Shown: positions 1-11,032 of the stretch, in pieces
Layout: every line of letters starts with the position of its first letter
How positions within the stretch are numbered: position 1 is the stretch's first letter
Assembly: GCF_044324875.1 (NCBI RefSeq)
Contig: NZ_CP172185.1
Source: Escherichia coli
GTDB taxonomy: Bacteria > Pseudomonadota > Gammaproteobacteria > Enterobacterales > Enterobacteriaceae
Strand: one strand, 5' to 3'
DNA: 64,000 nt
Translations under genes and position numbers: made by a program
The notes under the pieces: generated by a model
Told to the model about the DNA's origin: nothing
The model's database searches: none
Seen by the model: only the letters and a program-made list of their open reading frames with translations

Positions 1-1075
1 TATCTTTGCCGTTGTCGTAGTCGTGGAAGGCCAGCAGATATTCCACCTGCGCCTGCTGGGTGAACTTATGGCTGCCCTCGAAGCTAGCGTAGACCGTGGT
101 CAGGTCGTCGGTTTTGTTGTAGACGCTGTTATCCGAGTTATCGGAGTAGCGCAGGATCACCTTGTTCACCCCTCTGTCGTTGGTGTGGCTCAGCACCAGG
201 CCGCCCTGCCAGGCTTCGAGACGCGCGTCGCTGTCCACCGCCTTCGAGTCAAAGCCGTAGTTGGCGTACACCTCGACGTCGATCGGCCCGGCCTTGATGT
301 TGTGGGTTTTGGTGGTCAGCGCGTAGTGGCCGTTGTCCCCGGTGTCGGAGCTGCCGGTACAGGTGATACGCGACGGGTTGGTCTCGTCGGCCATCACTTC
401 CGGGCTACAGGATTTCACCTGCGACACCGCCGCCACGTCGAACTGCACGCCGCCGATATCAAAGTTCTTCACCCCGGCGCCCTGGCCGTCGTGGTTCATC
501 CAGAAGTAGTCGTTGATCCCCTGTTGCGGACGCTGGTGGAAGTCGCGGCCGGCCCAGATATAGGCGTTGGGATTGGATTCCAGCACGTTGGTGACGCCGA
601 CGTAGGCCTTCTTCAGGTTAACCTCGTCGCTCCAGTGGTCGAACATGACGTTGAGATCCCAGATAGCCCCCTGCGCGCTTTTGAAGGCTTTGCTGATCTG
701 GAATTCGCCGCCGTTGCTTTCGTTGCCCAGACGGCCGATCGCCGAGGCGCCGTTATAGGAGCCGTCGACGCCGACATATTTCTGGTCGCCGGTCTGGAAA
801 TGGGCGCCATAGCGGGCATAGCCGCTGAACTTGAGGCCGAACGGAATGGCCATATCCGGCGAGGCGGCGGTGGTCTGTGGGTTGGTAATGACGTCGACCT
901 TTTTGTCGGCCGCGGCGTCAATTTTCGCCTGGCGGTCGGCCAGCGCTTTATCAACGGCTTTGGCGACGATGGCGTCGATCTGTTCCTGAGTAAATTCTTG
1001 CGCCATTACAGAGGTAAGCGGAAAAAACGCGGCGATAACCGCCATGGTTAATGGAAGTTTTTTTATCATTGTCAT
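1..1075 (-). CDS. LamB/ScrY-family carbohydrate porin (partial; C-terminus lies beyond window start)
   Basis: Minus-strand translation starts MTMIKKLPLTMAVIAAFFPLTSVMA (signal peptide), then an N-terminal coiled-coil-like extension and a maltoporin-like barrel (GYARYGAHF, GRLGNESNG, WAGRDFHQRP), i.e. ScrY-like architecture. The plus-strand 342-aa ORF is its antisense shadow. Confidence 0.7.
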   Translation of the reverse strand, partial: MTMIKKLPLTMAVIAAFFPLTSVMAQEFTQEQIDAIVAKAVDKALADRQAKIDAAADKKVDVITNPQTTAASPDMAIPFGLKFSGYARYGAHFQTGDQKYVGVDGSYNGASAIGRLGNESNGGEFQISKAFKSAQGAIWDLNVMFDHWSDEVNLKKAYVGVTNVLESNPNAYIWAGRDFHQRPQQGINDYFWMNHDGQGAGVKNFDIGGVQFDVAAVSQVKSCSPEVMADETNPSRITCTGSSDTGDNGHYALTTKTHNIKAGPIDVEVYANYGFDSKAVDSDARLEAWQGGLVLSHTNDRGVNKVILRYSDNSDNSVYNKTDDLTTVYASFEGSHKFTQQAQVEYLLAFHDYDNGKD

Positions 1076-1375
1076 GAGTTTCTCAATATAGGTTAATTTT
1101 ATTCAGACAATAACCAGCCTATTCTGAGCTGACAGAATATGTCGCTATCATCAGAACAAGTTATTTTTTATTTTGTACGGTCACAGAGGCATTACACAAT
1201 TATCGCTACTCGCCCTCCCTCACTGATATTAAAAAGGTGGCACAATGGCAGAACCATCCGCGCGGCGGATTGTTCCTCTATAGACAGTCAAACAGATAGC
1301 CTTTCGGCACAGACAGCATAAATACAACACGAACAAATAAACGCTATTTCCCGGCAGCGGGCACACGGCGGAATA

Positions 1376-1395
1376 CATGCCCCCGCAGGGGCATG
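1376..1395. terminator. Palindromic GC hairpin (atgcccccgcaggggcat) downstream of xylA; weak T-tract
   Basis: Perfect 8-bp stem inverted repeat between the xylA stop and the porin start; no strong U-run. Confidence 0.3.
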
Positions 1396-1405
1396 TCAGC
1401 CAAAT

Positions 1406-2725
<1,320 letters not shown>

Positions 2726-3136
2726 GATGAACTCCGAAATTGAGGAAGCCGAAAATTAACAACTGTGACACATCGTGTATTCTCATCGTCGGTTGCTCAA
2801 TTACGTTATTTCACTCAGCGATTGAGAAAATGCTCAAATGTGAGCCATCTCGCAAATAAAACTATTTTAAATATCTCGCTTCGCGCGCGTATAGAGTACA
2901 CTTCCTGGGGAATTCAGGTGGGCATAGCGAATTAAAATGCCGGTTTTGTCACATTGCCTGTCTGCCAAAAAATTAGCGGCGGATGGCGGCTCAACGCAAG
3001 TGATACAGGCCTTTGCTTCGAGGATCACAGAAGTAAAAAAACATAATTACTTAATTTAAAAACGTAATAGATTCTTCCATGTCAACTGTGTCAGAAAGTG
3101 TTTCACCTACACAAAACAAACCGGAGTCTGCTTAGA
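2726..3136. promoter_or_regulatory. Divergent xylA / xyloside-transporter intergenic control region
   Basis: A 410-bp AT-rich gap between divergently transcribed sugar genes; XylR/CRP sites are expected here by analogy with E. coli xylA-xylF. No individual site was called. Confidence 0.35.
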
Positions 3137-4591
3137 ATGAGTAAAAACATAATGCACAGTCGGCATGATGAATATCATAAATTAACCCGTGGAGAACGAA
3201 TTGGTTATGGCATGGGCGACTTTGCGCAAAACCTGGTTTTCGGCACAATTGGGGGTTTTCTGGCTTTGCATATGCTGACGGTAAATACCATCAGCACGGC
3301 AACGGCAGGCTTTATTTTTCTTTTTGTCCGCATAATTAACGTGTTTTGGGATCCGATGGTCGGCACCTACGTGGATAAACGAACCTCGAAGGCAGGGAAA
3401 TATCGTCCGTGGCTGTTACGAGCCGGCGTGCCGCTGGTGATCCTCTCGGCATTACTGTTCGCGCCCATCCCCGGAGTGAAAGGTTCGGTGGCTTTCGCCT
3501 TTATTATTTATCTGGCGCTGGACCTGGTTTATTCCTTAGTCAATATTCCCTATGGCTCGCTGAATGCGTCGCTGACCCGCGACCCGGAATCGATCGATAA
3601 ACTGACCAGTACCCGCATGATGCTGGCCAACAGCGCCAACCTGCTGGTCTATACCCTGTTCCCGATGTTTGTGCAGATGGCGGCGCCGAAAGATCGCAGC
3701 CTGAAAGACACCGGCTTTTTTGGCCTTGAGCTGAATATGGGGAATTATGCCGATCCGTCGGCAAATTACGCCTGGTTTGGCGTGTACGCCATCTATATGA
3801 TCATCGGCGCGGTGGCTCTGTTTATCTGTTATAAATTCACCAAAGAACGCGTTGTCGCGACCGCCGAGCAGACCGCCAACGTCAAAACCACCGACCTTTT
3901 CCACGAGCTCCGACATAACCGCCCGCTGGTTATTCTGGGCATGTTCTTTATGCTGGCCTTTACCTTCATGTTCTTCATGAACACTGTTAACGGCTTCTTC
4001 AACCAGTACGTCGTCGGCCACTCCGAATGGATGGGCGCGGTGGGTCTCGTCGCGTCTATTCCCGGCATCGCCTTCCCGATTTTCTGGCCGAAACTGAAAA
4101 AAATCTTTGGTAAAAAAGGCTTCTTCCATCTGTTCCTCGCCATGTTTATCGTCGGCGAACTGCTGACCTACGTCTGGTCCCGCGAAGGGATGCACGACGC
4201 CCTGTGGCTGGCCTACATCGCCACCTTTATTAAACAGTGGGGCTTAACCTCCGCCACCGGCTTTATGTGGGCGCTGGTACCGGAAGTCATCGCGTACGGC
4301 GAATTAAAATCTGGCAAACGCAATGCCGCCATTATCAATGCCATTATGGGACTCTTCTTCAAGATCGGCTTCACCATCGGCGGCGCGATCCCGCTGTGGC
4401 TGCTGGCGGTGTATGGCTTTAATGAAAGCGGCGCCGTGCAGAGCGCCAGCGCCATCGACGGGATCATTATGACCGCGGTGTGGATCCCGATCGCGCTGGC
4501 CGCTATTTCGATGGTGATTATCCAGGTTTATCCGATCTCCGATAAACATGTTACCGACATCAACCGTCAGCTGGATGAGATCCGCGTGTAG
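3137..4591 (+). CDS. GPH-family glycoside-pentoside-hexuronide:cation symporter (XynT/YicJ-like xyloside transporter)
   Basis: Polytopic membrane protein with the GPH/MelB-like N-terminus (ERIGYGMGDFAQN), 12 predicted TM segments, and position between xylA and a GH43 xylosidase. ATG 3137 was chosen over the TTG/ATG at 3098 because of the GGAG at 3122. Confidence 0.8.
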   Translation: MSKNIMHSRHDEYHKLTRGERIGYGMGDFAQNLVFGTIGGFLALHMLTVNTISTATAGFIFLFVRIINVFWDPMVGTYVDKRTSKAGKYRPWLLRAGVPLVILSALLFAPIPGVKGSVAFAFIIYLALDLVYSLVNIPYGSLNASLTRDPESIDKLTSTRMMLANSANLLVYTLFPMFVQMAAPKDRSLKDTGFFGLELNMGNYADPSANYAWFGVYAIYMIIGAVALFICYKFTKERVVATAEQTANVKTTDLFHELRHNRPLVILGMFFMLAFTFMFFMNTVNGFFNQYVVGHSEWMGAVGLVASIPGIAFPIFWPKLKKIFGKKGFFHLFLAMFIVGELLTYVWSREGMHDALWLAYIATFIKQWGLTSATGFMWALVPEVIAYGELKSGKRNAAIINAIMGLFFKIGFTIGGAIPLWLLAVYGFNESGAVQSASAIDGIIMTAVWIPIALAAISMVIIQVYPISDKHVTDINRQLDEIRV

Positions 4592-4649
4592 TTAAAAAAA
4601 TTATAAATCAGACCGATTCGTCACTTTCCATTTTAAAAGGTGTAATGAA

Positions 4650-6329
4650 ATGTCACTTATTCAAAACCCGATATTACGCGGCTTTAATGCCGACCCCAGT
4701 ATTATTCGCGTCGAGGATACGTACTATATTGCCAACTCGACGTTTGAGTGGTTTCCGGGCGTGCGTTTACATGAGTCGAAAGACCTGAAAAACTGGAACC
4801 TGCTGCCTTCGCCGCTCTCCACCACCACCCTGCTGGACATGAAGGGCAACCCCTCCTCCGGCGGCATTTGGGCGCCGGCGCTCTCCTGGGCCGACGGGCA
4901 ATTCTGGTTGGTGTATACCGATGTGAAGGTCACCGAAGGCGCCTTCAAAGACATGACCAACTACCTGACCACCGCGAAGGATATTCGGGGCCCGTGGAGC
5001 GACCCGATCAAGCTGAACGGAGTCGGGTTTGACGCCTCGCTGTTCCATGACGACGATGGCCGGAAATATATCGTCCAGCAAACCTGGGATCACCGGGAGT
5101 ACCATCACCCCTTCGATGGCATTACCTTAACGGAGCTGGATACCAACACGCTGAAGTTAATGCCGGAAACCGCGCGCACCATCTACCGCGGCACCGCCGT
5201 AGCGCTGGTCGAGGGGCCGCACCTCTATAAACTGAACGGCTACTACTACCTGTTTGCCGCCCAGGGCGGCACCGTGTTTACCCACCAGGAGGTGGTGGCG
5301 CGGTCGAAAACCCTCGAGGCCGACAGCTTTGAAACCGAGCCGGGCGACGTGTTCTTAACCAACGTCGACACCCCGGACAGCTACATCCAGAAACAGGGCC
5401 ATGGCGCGCTGGTCTCCACCCCGGAAGGCGAATGGTATTACGCCTCGCTCTGCGCCCGGCCGTGGAATCGCCCGGGGGAATCCATCTACGACCCGCGCGG
5501 CTGGTCAACCCTCGGCCGGGAAACCGCGATCCAGAAAGTGTACTGGGATGACGAGGGCTGGCCGCGTATTGAAGGCGGTCACGGCGGGAAAACCTTCGTC
5601 GAAGGACCGAAAGACGCCATCTTCACCGAAAGCGCCAGCGATAATAGCCAGCAGGATGACTTTACGTCGCCAGCCCTCGACCCGAACTGGAATACCCTGC
5701 GGGTGCCGTTTACGGCCAAAATGGGCACCACCGGTAACGGCAAATTAACCTTAATCGGCCAGGGCTCGTTAGCCAATACGCATGATCTGTCGCTGATTGC
5801 CCGCCGCTGGCAGGCCTTCTATTTTGACGCCGCGGTGAAGGTGAAATTCGAGCCCTTCAGCTACCAGCAGATGGCCGGGTTAACGAATTACTATAACGAC
5901 CGCCACTGGAGCTTCGTCTTCCTGACCTGGAATGAAATTAACGGCAAGGTCATCGAAGTCGGCGAAAATAACCGCGGGAAATACACGTCGTACCTGAAAG
6001 ATAACGCCATCAAGGTGCCGGACGGCGTGGAATACGTCTGGTTCCGGACCAAAGTCCGCAAGCAGACCTACAGCTATGAATACAGCTTCGATGGCGTGAC
6101 GTTCACCGAGATCCCGGTCCAGCTGGATGCCGCGGTGCTGTCCGATGACTATGTGTTGCAGAGCTACGGCGGGTTCTTTACCGGGGCGTTCGTCGGCCTG
6201 GCGGCGGTAGACTACGCCGGGTACGGCACCCAGGCTGAGTTTTATCAGTTCGAGTATCAGGAGCTGGGCGATAGCTTAGCGGCCGATGGCAGCTACAGCT
6301 GGGAGGCTGGCGAGACGCGGGATAAGTAA
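4650..6329 (+). CDS. xynB: GH43 beta-xylosidase / alpha-L-arabinofuranosidase
   Basis: 559 aa. N-terminal GH43 signature (NPILRGFNADPSIIRVEDTYYIANSTFEWFPG) and C-terminal beta-sandwich. Strong RBS (AAAGGTG) 7 nt upstream. Confidence 0.85.
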   Translation: MSLIQNPILRGFNADPSIIRVEDTYYIANSTFEWFPGVRLHESKDLKNWNLLPSPLSTTTLLDMKGNPSSGGIWAPALSWADGQFWLVYTDVKVTEGAFKDMTNYLTTAKDIRGPWSDPIKLNGVGFDASLFHDDDGRKYIVQQTWDHREYHHPFDGITLTELDTNTLKLMPETARTIYRGTAVALVEGPHLYKLNGYYYLFAAQGGTVFTHQEVVARSKTLEADSFETEPGDVFLTNVDTPDSYIQKQGHGALVSTPEGEWYYASLCARPWNRPGESIYDPRGWSTLGRETAIQKVYWDDEGWPRIEGGHGGKTFVEGPKDAIFTESASDNSQQDDFTSPALDPNWNTLRVPFTAKMGTTGNGKLTLIGQGSLANTHDLSLIARRWQAFYFDAAVKVKFEPFSYQQMAGLTNYYNDRHWSFVFLTWNEINGKVIEVGENNRGKYTSYLKDNAIKVPDGVEYVWFRTKVRKQTYSYEYSFDGVTFTEIPVQLDAAVLSDDYVLQSYGGFFTGAFVGLAAVDYAGYGTQAEFYQFEYQELGDSLAADGSYSWEAGETRDK

Positions 6330-6337
6330 AAGAGAGT

Positions 6338-6380
6338 GGGCCCACGCTACCGGTAAGGTAGCGTGGGGTTTGTGGTGTGT
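6338..6380. terminator. Rho-independent terminator (bidirectional hairpin cccacgctaccggtaaggtagcgtggg + T-rich tail)
   Basis: Perfect 11-bp stem followed by gtttgtggtgtgtttg; sits between the convergent xynB and HNH gene. Confidence 0.6.
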
Positions 6381-6411
6381 TTGATGTAATTAAAGCGAGC
6401 GCTGTCGGATG

Positions 6412-7050
6412 TCAGTCTGTGGGGCGCAGCCGGGCCTTCAGCTCTTCGGGGGTAAACGGCGGATCTCGCCGGTGCAGCATCGCATGGCAGTTGGGACATA
6501 CCGGGATCAGATCGGTTTCAGGGTTCAGGCGGTAGTCCTGCTTTATCCCGGCCAGCGGGATGAGATGGTGGATATGGATAAAGCCCTGGCCGATATCGCC
6601 ATAGCGGCTGGCCATATCCAGACCGCATACCTGACACTGGCAGCCATGCAGGCGAAGCGCCGCCTGACGAGCCTGACGGTCGCGCTCATAGCGATTGACC
6701 ACCACCTGCAACGCCGCCCCTTCCACGTACTCCATGGTCGTCTGCCCCTCATCGGGGAAAAGCGCAACCTCGTCATCGCCAGCGCCCTGCGACGCGATCG
6801 TAAATCCTTGCTCCAGTAACAGACGCACGCATTTTGATTTAATCCCCCCGCTGAAATCCGCCGGGGTAAATTCCGTTCCCGTCGCAAGCGTGGCCGCTAA
6901 CCCGACGATGGCTTTTGAAGGATACCGACGCCCCTCAAACTCGATCTCATACAGACGCGCGCTTTTAAACTGATGCGCAACGCCTGCATCGTAAGCGCGA
7001 ATGGCGGCGATGATGCATTCCCTGGATAAATGGTCCGGTAGTTTTTTCAT
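6412..7050 (-). CDS. HNH endonuclease with N-terminal accessory domain (McrA-like, COG1403)
   Basis: 212 aa. C-terminal CQCQVCG...HIHHLIPLAG...NPETDLIPVCPNCH is a textbook HNH/Zn-finger motif (CxxC...HH...N...CxxCH). The N-terminal about 120 aa is unassigned. Confidence 0.75.
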   Translation of the reverse strand: MKKLPDHLSRECIIAAIRAYDAGVAHQFKSARLYEIEFEGRRYPSKAIVGLAATLATGTEFTPADFSGGIKSKCVRLLLEQGFTIASQGAGDDEVALFPDEGQTTMEYVEGAALQVVVNRYERDRQARQAALRLHGCQCQVCGLDMASRYGDIGQGFIHIHHLIPLAGIKQDYRLNPETDLIPVCPNCHAMLHRRDPPFTPEELKARLRPTD

Positions 7051-7187
7051 AAGACATAGCTATCTGATGGCGCGAAGCTTGAGTATAAATAGAAAGCTAT
7101 GGTCTTTTCGAACAAATAACTGGCAGTGATAATTAAATCGCGATCCACGTAGAATCGCCGCATCTGGTAGGTTGATCGGCAAGGATT

Positions 7188-8099
7188 TTGCGAGCATCAT
7201 CGCATTTATTTAGCTGCCAATGTAACGCTATGCCCTCCAGCACGACCCTGCAACACGCGATCGAGAACATCACCATCTGGCGCAAAGGCGAACAGCGTGC
7301 GCCGCATAAACCACTATTGCTGCTGTACGTCCTCTCGCAATACCAGCGCGGCCATGCGCGGATGTTCGACTACGCCTCGGAGATACGTGATGAGCTGCAT
7401 AGCCTGCTGGAACGCTTTGGCCCGCAGCGCCGCCAGTACCGGCCGGACATGCCCTTCTGGCGCCTGAAAGGCGACGGCTTCTGGGAGCTACACAACAGCG
7501 AACAGTGCTCAACCCAGGGCAGCCGACAGCCGCCCGGCAAAGAGCTGGAGCTCTGCCACGTCGCCGGCGGCTTTGATGAGCAGCATTTTGCGTTACTTAA
7601 CAGAAATAAGAAGCTGATCAATACCCTCGCCCATCAGATCCTCGAGGCGCACTTTCCGGAGAGTATTCAGGAAGAACTGGCTGAAGAGATGGGGTTTGAT
7701 CTGCTGCAGATCCGCAAAGAGCGCGACCCGCATTTTCGCCAGCAGGTGCTGCGCGCCTATAACTATGAGTGCGCTATCTGCGGCTTCAATATGCGCCATG
7801 ATAATACCTCCGTCGCCCTGGAAGCGGCCCATATCAAGTGGAAGCAGCACGGCGGCCCCTGCGAAATCCCTAACGGCCTGGCGCTCTGCGCGATTCACCA
7901 TAAGGCTTTTGATAAAGGATCCATTGGTCTGGATGAGGATATGCGCATCCAGGTTTCGCCGGCGGTGAACGGCGGAGGCATCGTTGGCAGGTTGTTCTGG
8001 GATTTTGATGGTAAGCCGATTACCTTGCCGATGGGGAAAGAATGCTATCCCCAGGAGGGGTTTGTGGCGTGGCACCGGCGGGAGGTGTTCAGGGGATGA
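7188..8099 (+). CDS. HNH_2-type nuclease with about 190-aa N-terminal putative DNA-reader domain
   Basis: C-terminal YECAICGF...LEAAHIKW...NGLALCAIHHKAFDKG matches the HNH_2 (PF13391-like) motif. N-terminal HKPLLLLYVL...RPDMPFWRLKGDGFWEL block is unassigned. Start is ambiguous: TTG 7188 or ATG 7231. Confidence 0.7.
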   Translation: MRASSHLFSCQCNAMPSSTTLQHAIENITIWRKGEQRAPHKPLLLLYVLSQYQRGHARMFDYASEIRDELHSLLERFGPQRRQYRPDMPFWRLKGDGFWELHNSEQCSTQGSRQPPGKELELCHVAGGFDEQHFALLNRNKKLINTLAHQILEAHFPESIQEELAEEMGFDLLQIRKERDPHFRQQVLRAYNYECAICGFNMRHDNTSVALEAAHIKWKQHGGPCEIPNGLALCAIHHKAFDKGSIGLDEDMRIQVSPAVNGGGIVGRLFWDFDGKPITLPMGKECYPQEGFVAWHRREVFRG

Positions 8100-8502
8100 G
8101 GGGGATGGTGATAAGCGGGTTTCGATGTTGAGCGTAGGGTTTAGGGATTGGGACTGTGTTTCGGAGAGGATTTCGTGGTTGATCAATGATTGGTCGTGGC
8201 TAGGTTAAAGGACTTATTTATTGATTGTTTTGATATTGATGCGAAGGCCTGACTCAAACATGCGATTTAACCTCATGATTTAAAATTGTTAATAATAAAC
8301 AACACCATCCTATACCAACACAGATACCAACACGAAAAATCACTGGTTTTCGGCATCGAACCAGGACAATCAGGTCCTGATTGAGATACCGAGCTCTGTT
8401 ACTCGTCATCTGCCTCGACAGGCTCCATTGCATCAAGTGGTACTCGCACCATCGCGATAGATCCAATCCGGATAAAAGCATCTTCCCCATCTATATCGGT
8501 TA

Positions 8503-8658
8503 ACTGATATCGCTCACTTGATGCCGGATAATTGTGTCGATTGGCAACAGTGTACTCTTTCGTACAGCCAGAATGTGGCAGACTGAGGTGGAATAGATAA
8601 CGTCCGTATGCCCGCTGACCACCTCCGGGCGGGAGAGTGTGGTATCTGACATCATCAT
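8503..8658 (-). pseudogene. Fragment of DUF4942-family island protein (N-terminal 50 aa only)
   Basis: Minus-strand MMMSDTTLSRPEVVSGHTDVIYSTSVCHILAVRKSTLLPIDTIIRHQ aligns with the N-terminus of the intact 261-aa protein at 46983..47768 (GHTAVICSTSIRHILAVRKSTLLQIDTLIRQ). Confidence 0.5.
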
Positions 8659-8675
8659 TTTTCCTTTTGGTTTAT

Positions 8676-8709
8676 AAACGAAAACGCCAGCCGTATTCAG
8701 GCTGGCGTC
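8676..8709 (-). terminator. Rho-independent terminator (aacgccagcc-loop-ggctggcgtt + TTTCGTTT on minus strand)
   Basis: 10-bp perfect stem and T-rich tail when read on the minus strand. Confidence 0.45.
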
Positions 8710-9301
8710 AGGGTAATGAAGCGTGGTGAGTGATATTCACCGGTTCTGGTGCAGAAGCTGCAGATGACGCAGGGTACGGACATCCTCTCTGGCCTGTTCG
8801 ATACAGGGCAACAGTGCTGCCGATGTCAGTAGGCTATTTCCGGTTGATATACCCTGCCCGTAAATTACAGGGCAGGAATAGTATTATTAATTTCGGGAGA
8901 AGCTTAAGGTTGCCACATCGACAGTTTCATCACACAGGTTTTTGTCCTGAAATACTTTCTTATTTTTGACTTTAGCTAGCCATTGCCCGACATGAAGGGA
9001 GGGTACAGTGATGATACCGTCCTCATTACTTACAAAGGTAAGTTCTGCTTTATGAGCCGAATGTTTATGCTCTGCCGCATGAGTATGGCGGGATGATTTC
9101 AGATAACTGACAGAGTCAAGCTCCAGAGTGGCTCCGGCAAGCGGGGAAGTTTTATACAGAACTTTCAGCTTCACATCTTCACCGAAACGACTGATATCGG
9201 ATAACGGAATTAGACTGGCCCCCTGAATCTCCAGACAACCAGTATCACTTAAATAAGTGATAGTCTTAATACTAGTTTTTAGACTAGTCATTGGAGAACA
9301 G

Positions 9302-9667
9302 ATGATTGATGTCTTAGGGCCGGAGAAACGCAGACGGCGTACCACACAGGAAAAGATCGCAATTGTTCAGCAGAGCTTTGAACCGGGGATGACGGTCTCC
9401 CTCGTTGCCCGGCAACATGGTGTAGCAGCCAGCCAGTTATTTCTCTGGCGTAAGCAATACCAGGAAGGAAGTCTTACTGCTGTCGCCGCCGGAGAACAGG
9501 TTGTTCCTGCCTCTGAACTTGCTGCCGCCATGAAGCAGATTAAAGAACTCCAGCGCCTGCTCGGCAAGAAAACGATGGAAAATGAACTCCTCAAAGAAGC
9601 CGTTGAATATGGACGGGCAAAAAAGTGGATAGCGCACGCGCCCTTATTGCCCGGGGATGGGGAGTAA
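9302..9667 (+). CDS. insC: IS2 transposase OrfA (InsC)
   Basis: [56 protein letters not shown]... matches IS2 InsC from memory. Confidence 0.9.
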
Positions 9668-10530
9668 GCTTAGTCAGCCGTTGTCTCCGGGTGTCGCGTG
9701 CGCAGTTGCACGTCATTCTCAGACGAACCGATGACTGGATGGATGGCCGCCGCAGTCGTCACACTGATGATACGGATGTGCTTCTCCGTATACACCATGT
9801 TATCGGAGAGCTGCCAACGTATGGTTATCGTCGGGTATGGGCGCTGCTTCGCAGACAGGCAGAACTTGATGGTATGCCTGCGATCAATGCCAAACGTGTT
9901 TACCGGATCATGCGCCAGAATGCGCTGTTGCTTGAGCGAAAACCTGCTGTACCGCCATCGAAACGGGCACATACAGGCAGAGTGGCTGTGAAAGAAAGTA
10001 ATCAGCGATGGTGCTCTGACGGGTTCGAGTTCCGCTGTGATAACGGAGAAAAACTGCGAGTCACGTTCGCGCTGGACTGCTGTGACCGTGAGGCACTGCA
10101 CTGGGCGGTCACTACGGGCGGCTTCAACAGTGAAACAGTACAGGACGTCATGCTGGGAGCGGTGGAACGCCGCTTCGGCAACGAGCTTCCGGCGTCTCCA
10201 GTAGAGTGGCTGACGGATAATGGTTCATGCTACCGGGCTAATGAAACACGGCAGTTTGCCCGGATGTTGGGGCTTGAACCGAAGAGCACGGCGGTGCGGA
10301 GTCCGGAGAGTAACGGCATAGCAGAGAGCTTCGTGAAAACGATAAAGCGTGACTACATCAGTGTCATGCCCAAACCAGACGGGTTAACGGCAGCAAAGAA
10401 CCTTGCAGAGGCGTTCGAGCATTATAACGAATGGCATCCGCATAGTGCACTGGGTTATCGCTCGCCACGGGAATATCTACGGCAGCAAGCCAGTAATGGG
10501 TTAAGTGATAACAGGTGTCTGGAAATATAG
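9625..10530 (+). CDS. insD: IS2 transposase OrfB (InsD; made as InsCD fusion by -1 frameshift)
   Basis: 301 aa with an rve integrase core (DDE); overlaps insC in the -1 frame as in all IS3-family elements. Confidence 0.9.
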
Positions 10531-11032
10531 GGGCAAATCCAGGAATGATTTCAAGCTCATCCCCTATTGGATACTGATAGAGTTGTGCTGGCATCTGCTG
10601 TTCACCAGGAATAAAAGATTTTGCATATTTAGTCACAAACTCACAGTATGCCACATCATTTCTGCCCTCCCGGCTGACAGGCTTCCATCCTGACGAGGTT
10701 CTCGACCAGTATCCCGGTTTCATTTTCGTTGACAGAACGTAGCTATTACCGTTGCCTGCAGTCTCAATTTTATAGACATAATCCGTGGATGTTGGCTTCA
10801 GCGTTATTGTCTCTTTCCCGTTATAAAGCCGGGGAGTTTCAAAGAAATCCCTTCTGTCAGGAATCGTGCCCTTTGAGGGGAAATTATGACCATAACCAAT
10901 CTCTGCGATAACGTTGTTCTCTGCCTGTTTGCCGGTAATCCAGACATCATGGGCCAGGACATGCCCCGATGCTGTCAGACAAAGAGCTAAGATATAGCCT
11001 GTATTTTTCATCATGATTTATTTCCTGAGAGG

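Larger units (their letters stand above)
9211..10541 (+). mobile_element. IS2 (IS3 family), complete, 1331 bp, flanked by 5-bp target-site duplication GGAAT
   Basis: Left end TAGACTGGCCCCCTGAATCTCCAGACAACC and right end ...GGAAATATAGGGGCAAATCCA match IS2 termini. GGAAT occurs at 9206-9210 and 10542-10546. Confidence 0.95.
8887..11014 (-). pseudogene. DUF4198-family periplasmic metal-uptake protein, interrupted by IS2
   Basis: The N-terminal 156 codons (11014..10547, signal peptide MMKNTGYILALCLTASGHVLA) and C-terminal about 107 codons (9210..8887, HTHAAEHKHSAH metal motif) are in frame across the duplicated ATTCC once IS2 is removed. Confidence 0.7.

Noticed and set aside
23-1051. 342-aa plus-strand ORF across the window start
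   Set aside because: It is the antisense shadow of the porin gene; high GC suppresses stops. The minus-strand product has a signal peptide and a LamB/ScrY-like barrel, whereas the plus-strand product is a low-complexity R/G/V-rich string.
3536-4195. 219-aa minus-strand ORF inside the GPH transporter gene
   Set aside because: Antisense ORF in GC-rich coding DNA; the sense product has a clean 12-TM transporter profile.
8330-8420. tRNA-like string ...ggttcgatgccgaaaacc... on the minus strand
   Set aside because: I could not fold it into a cloverleaf: the T-arm does not pair, and there is no acceptor stem or CCA. It is probably a coincidental GGTTCGA motif within the island-end remnant.
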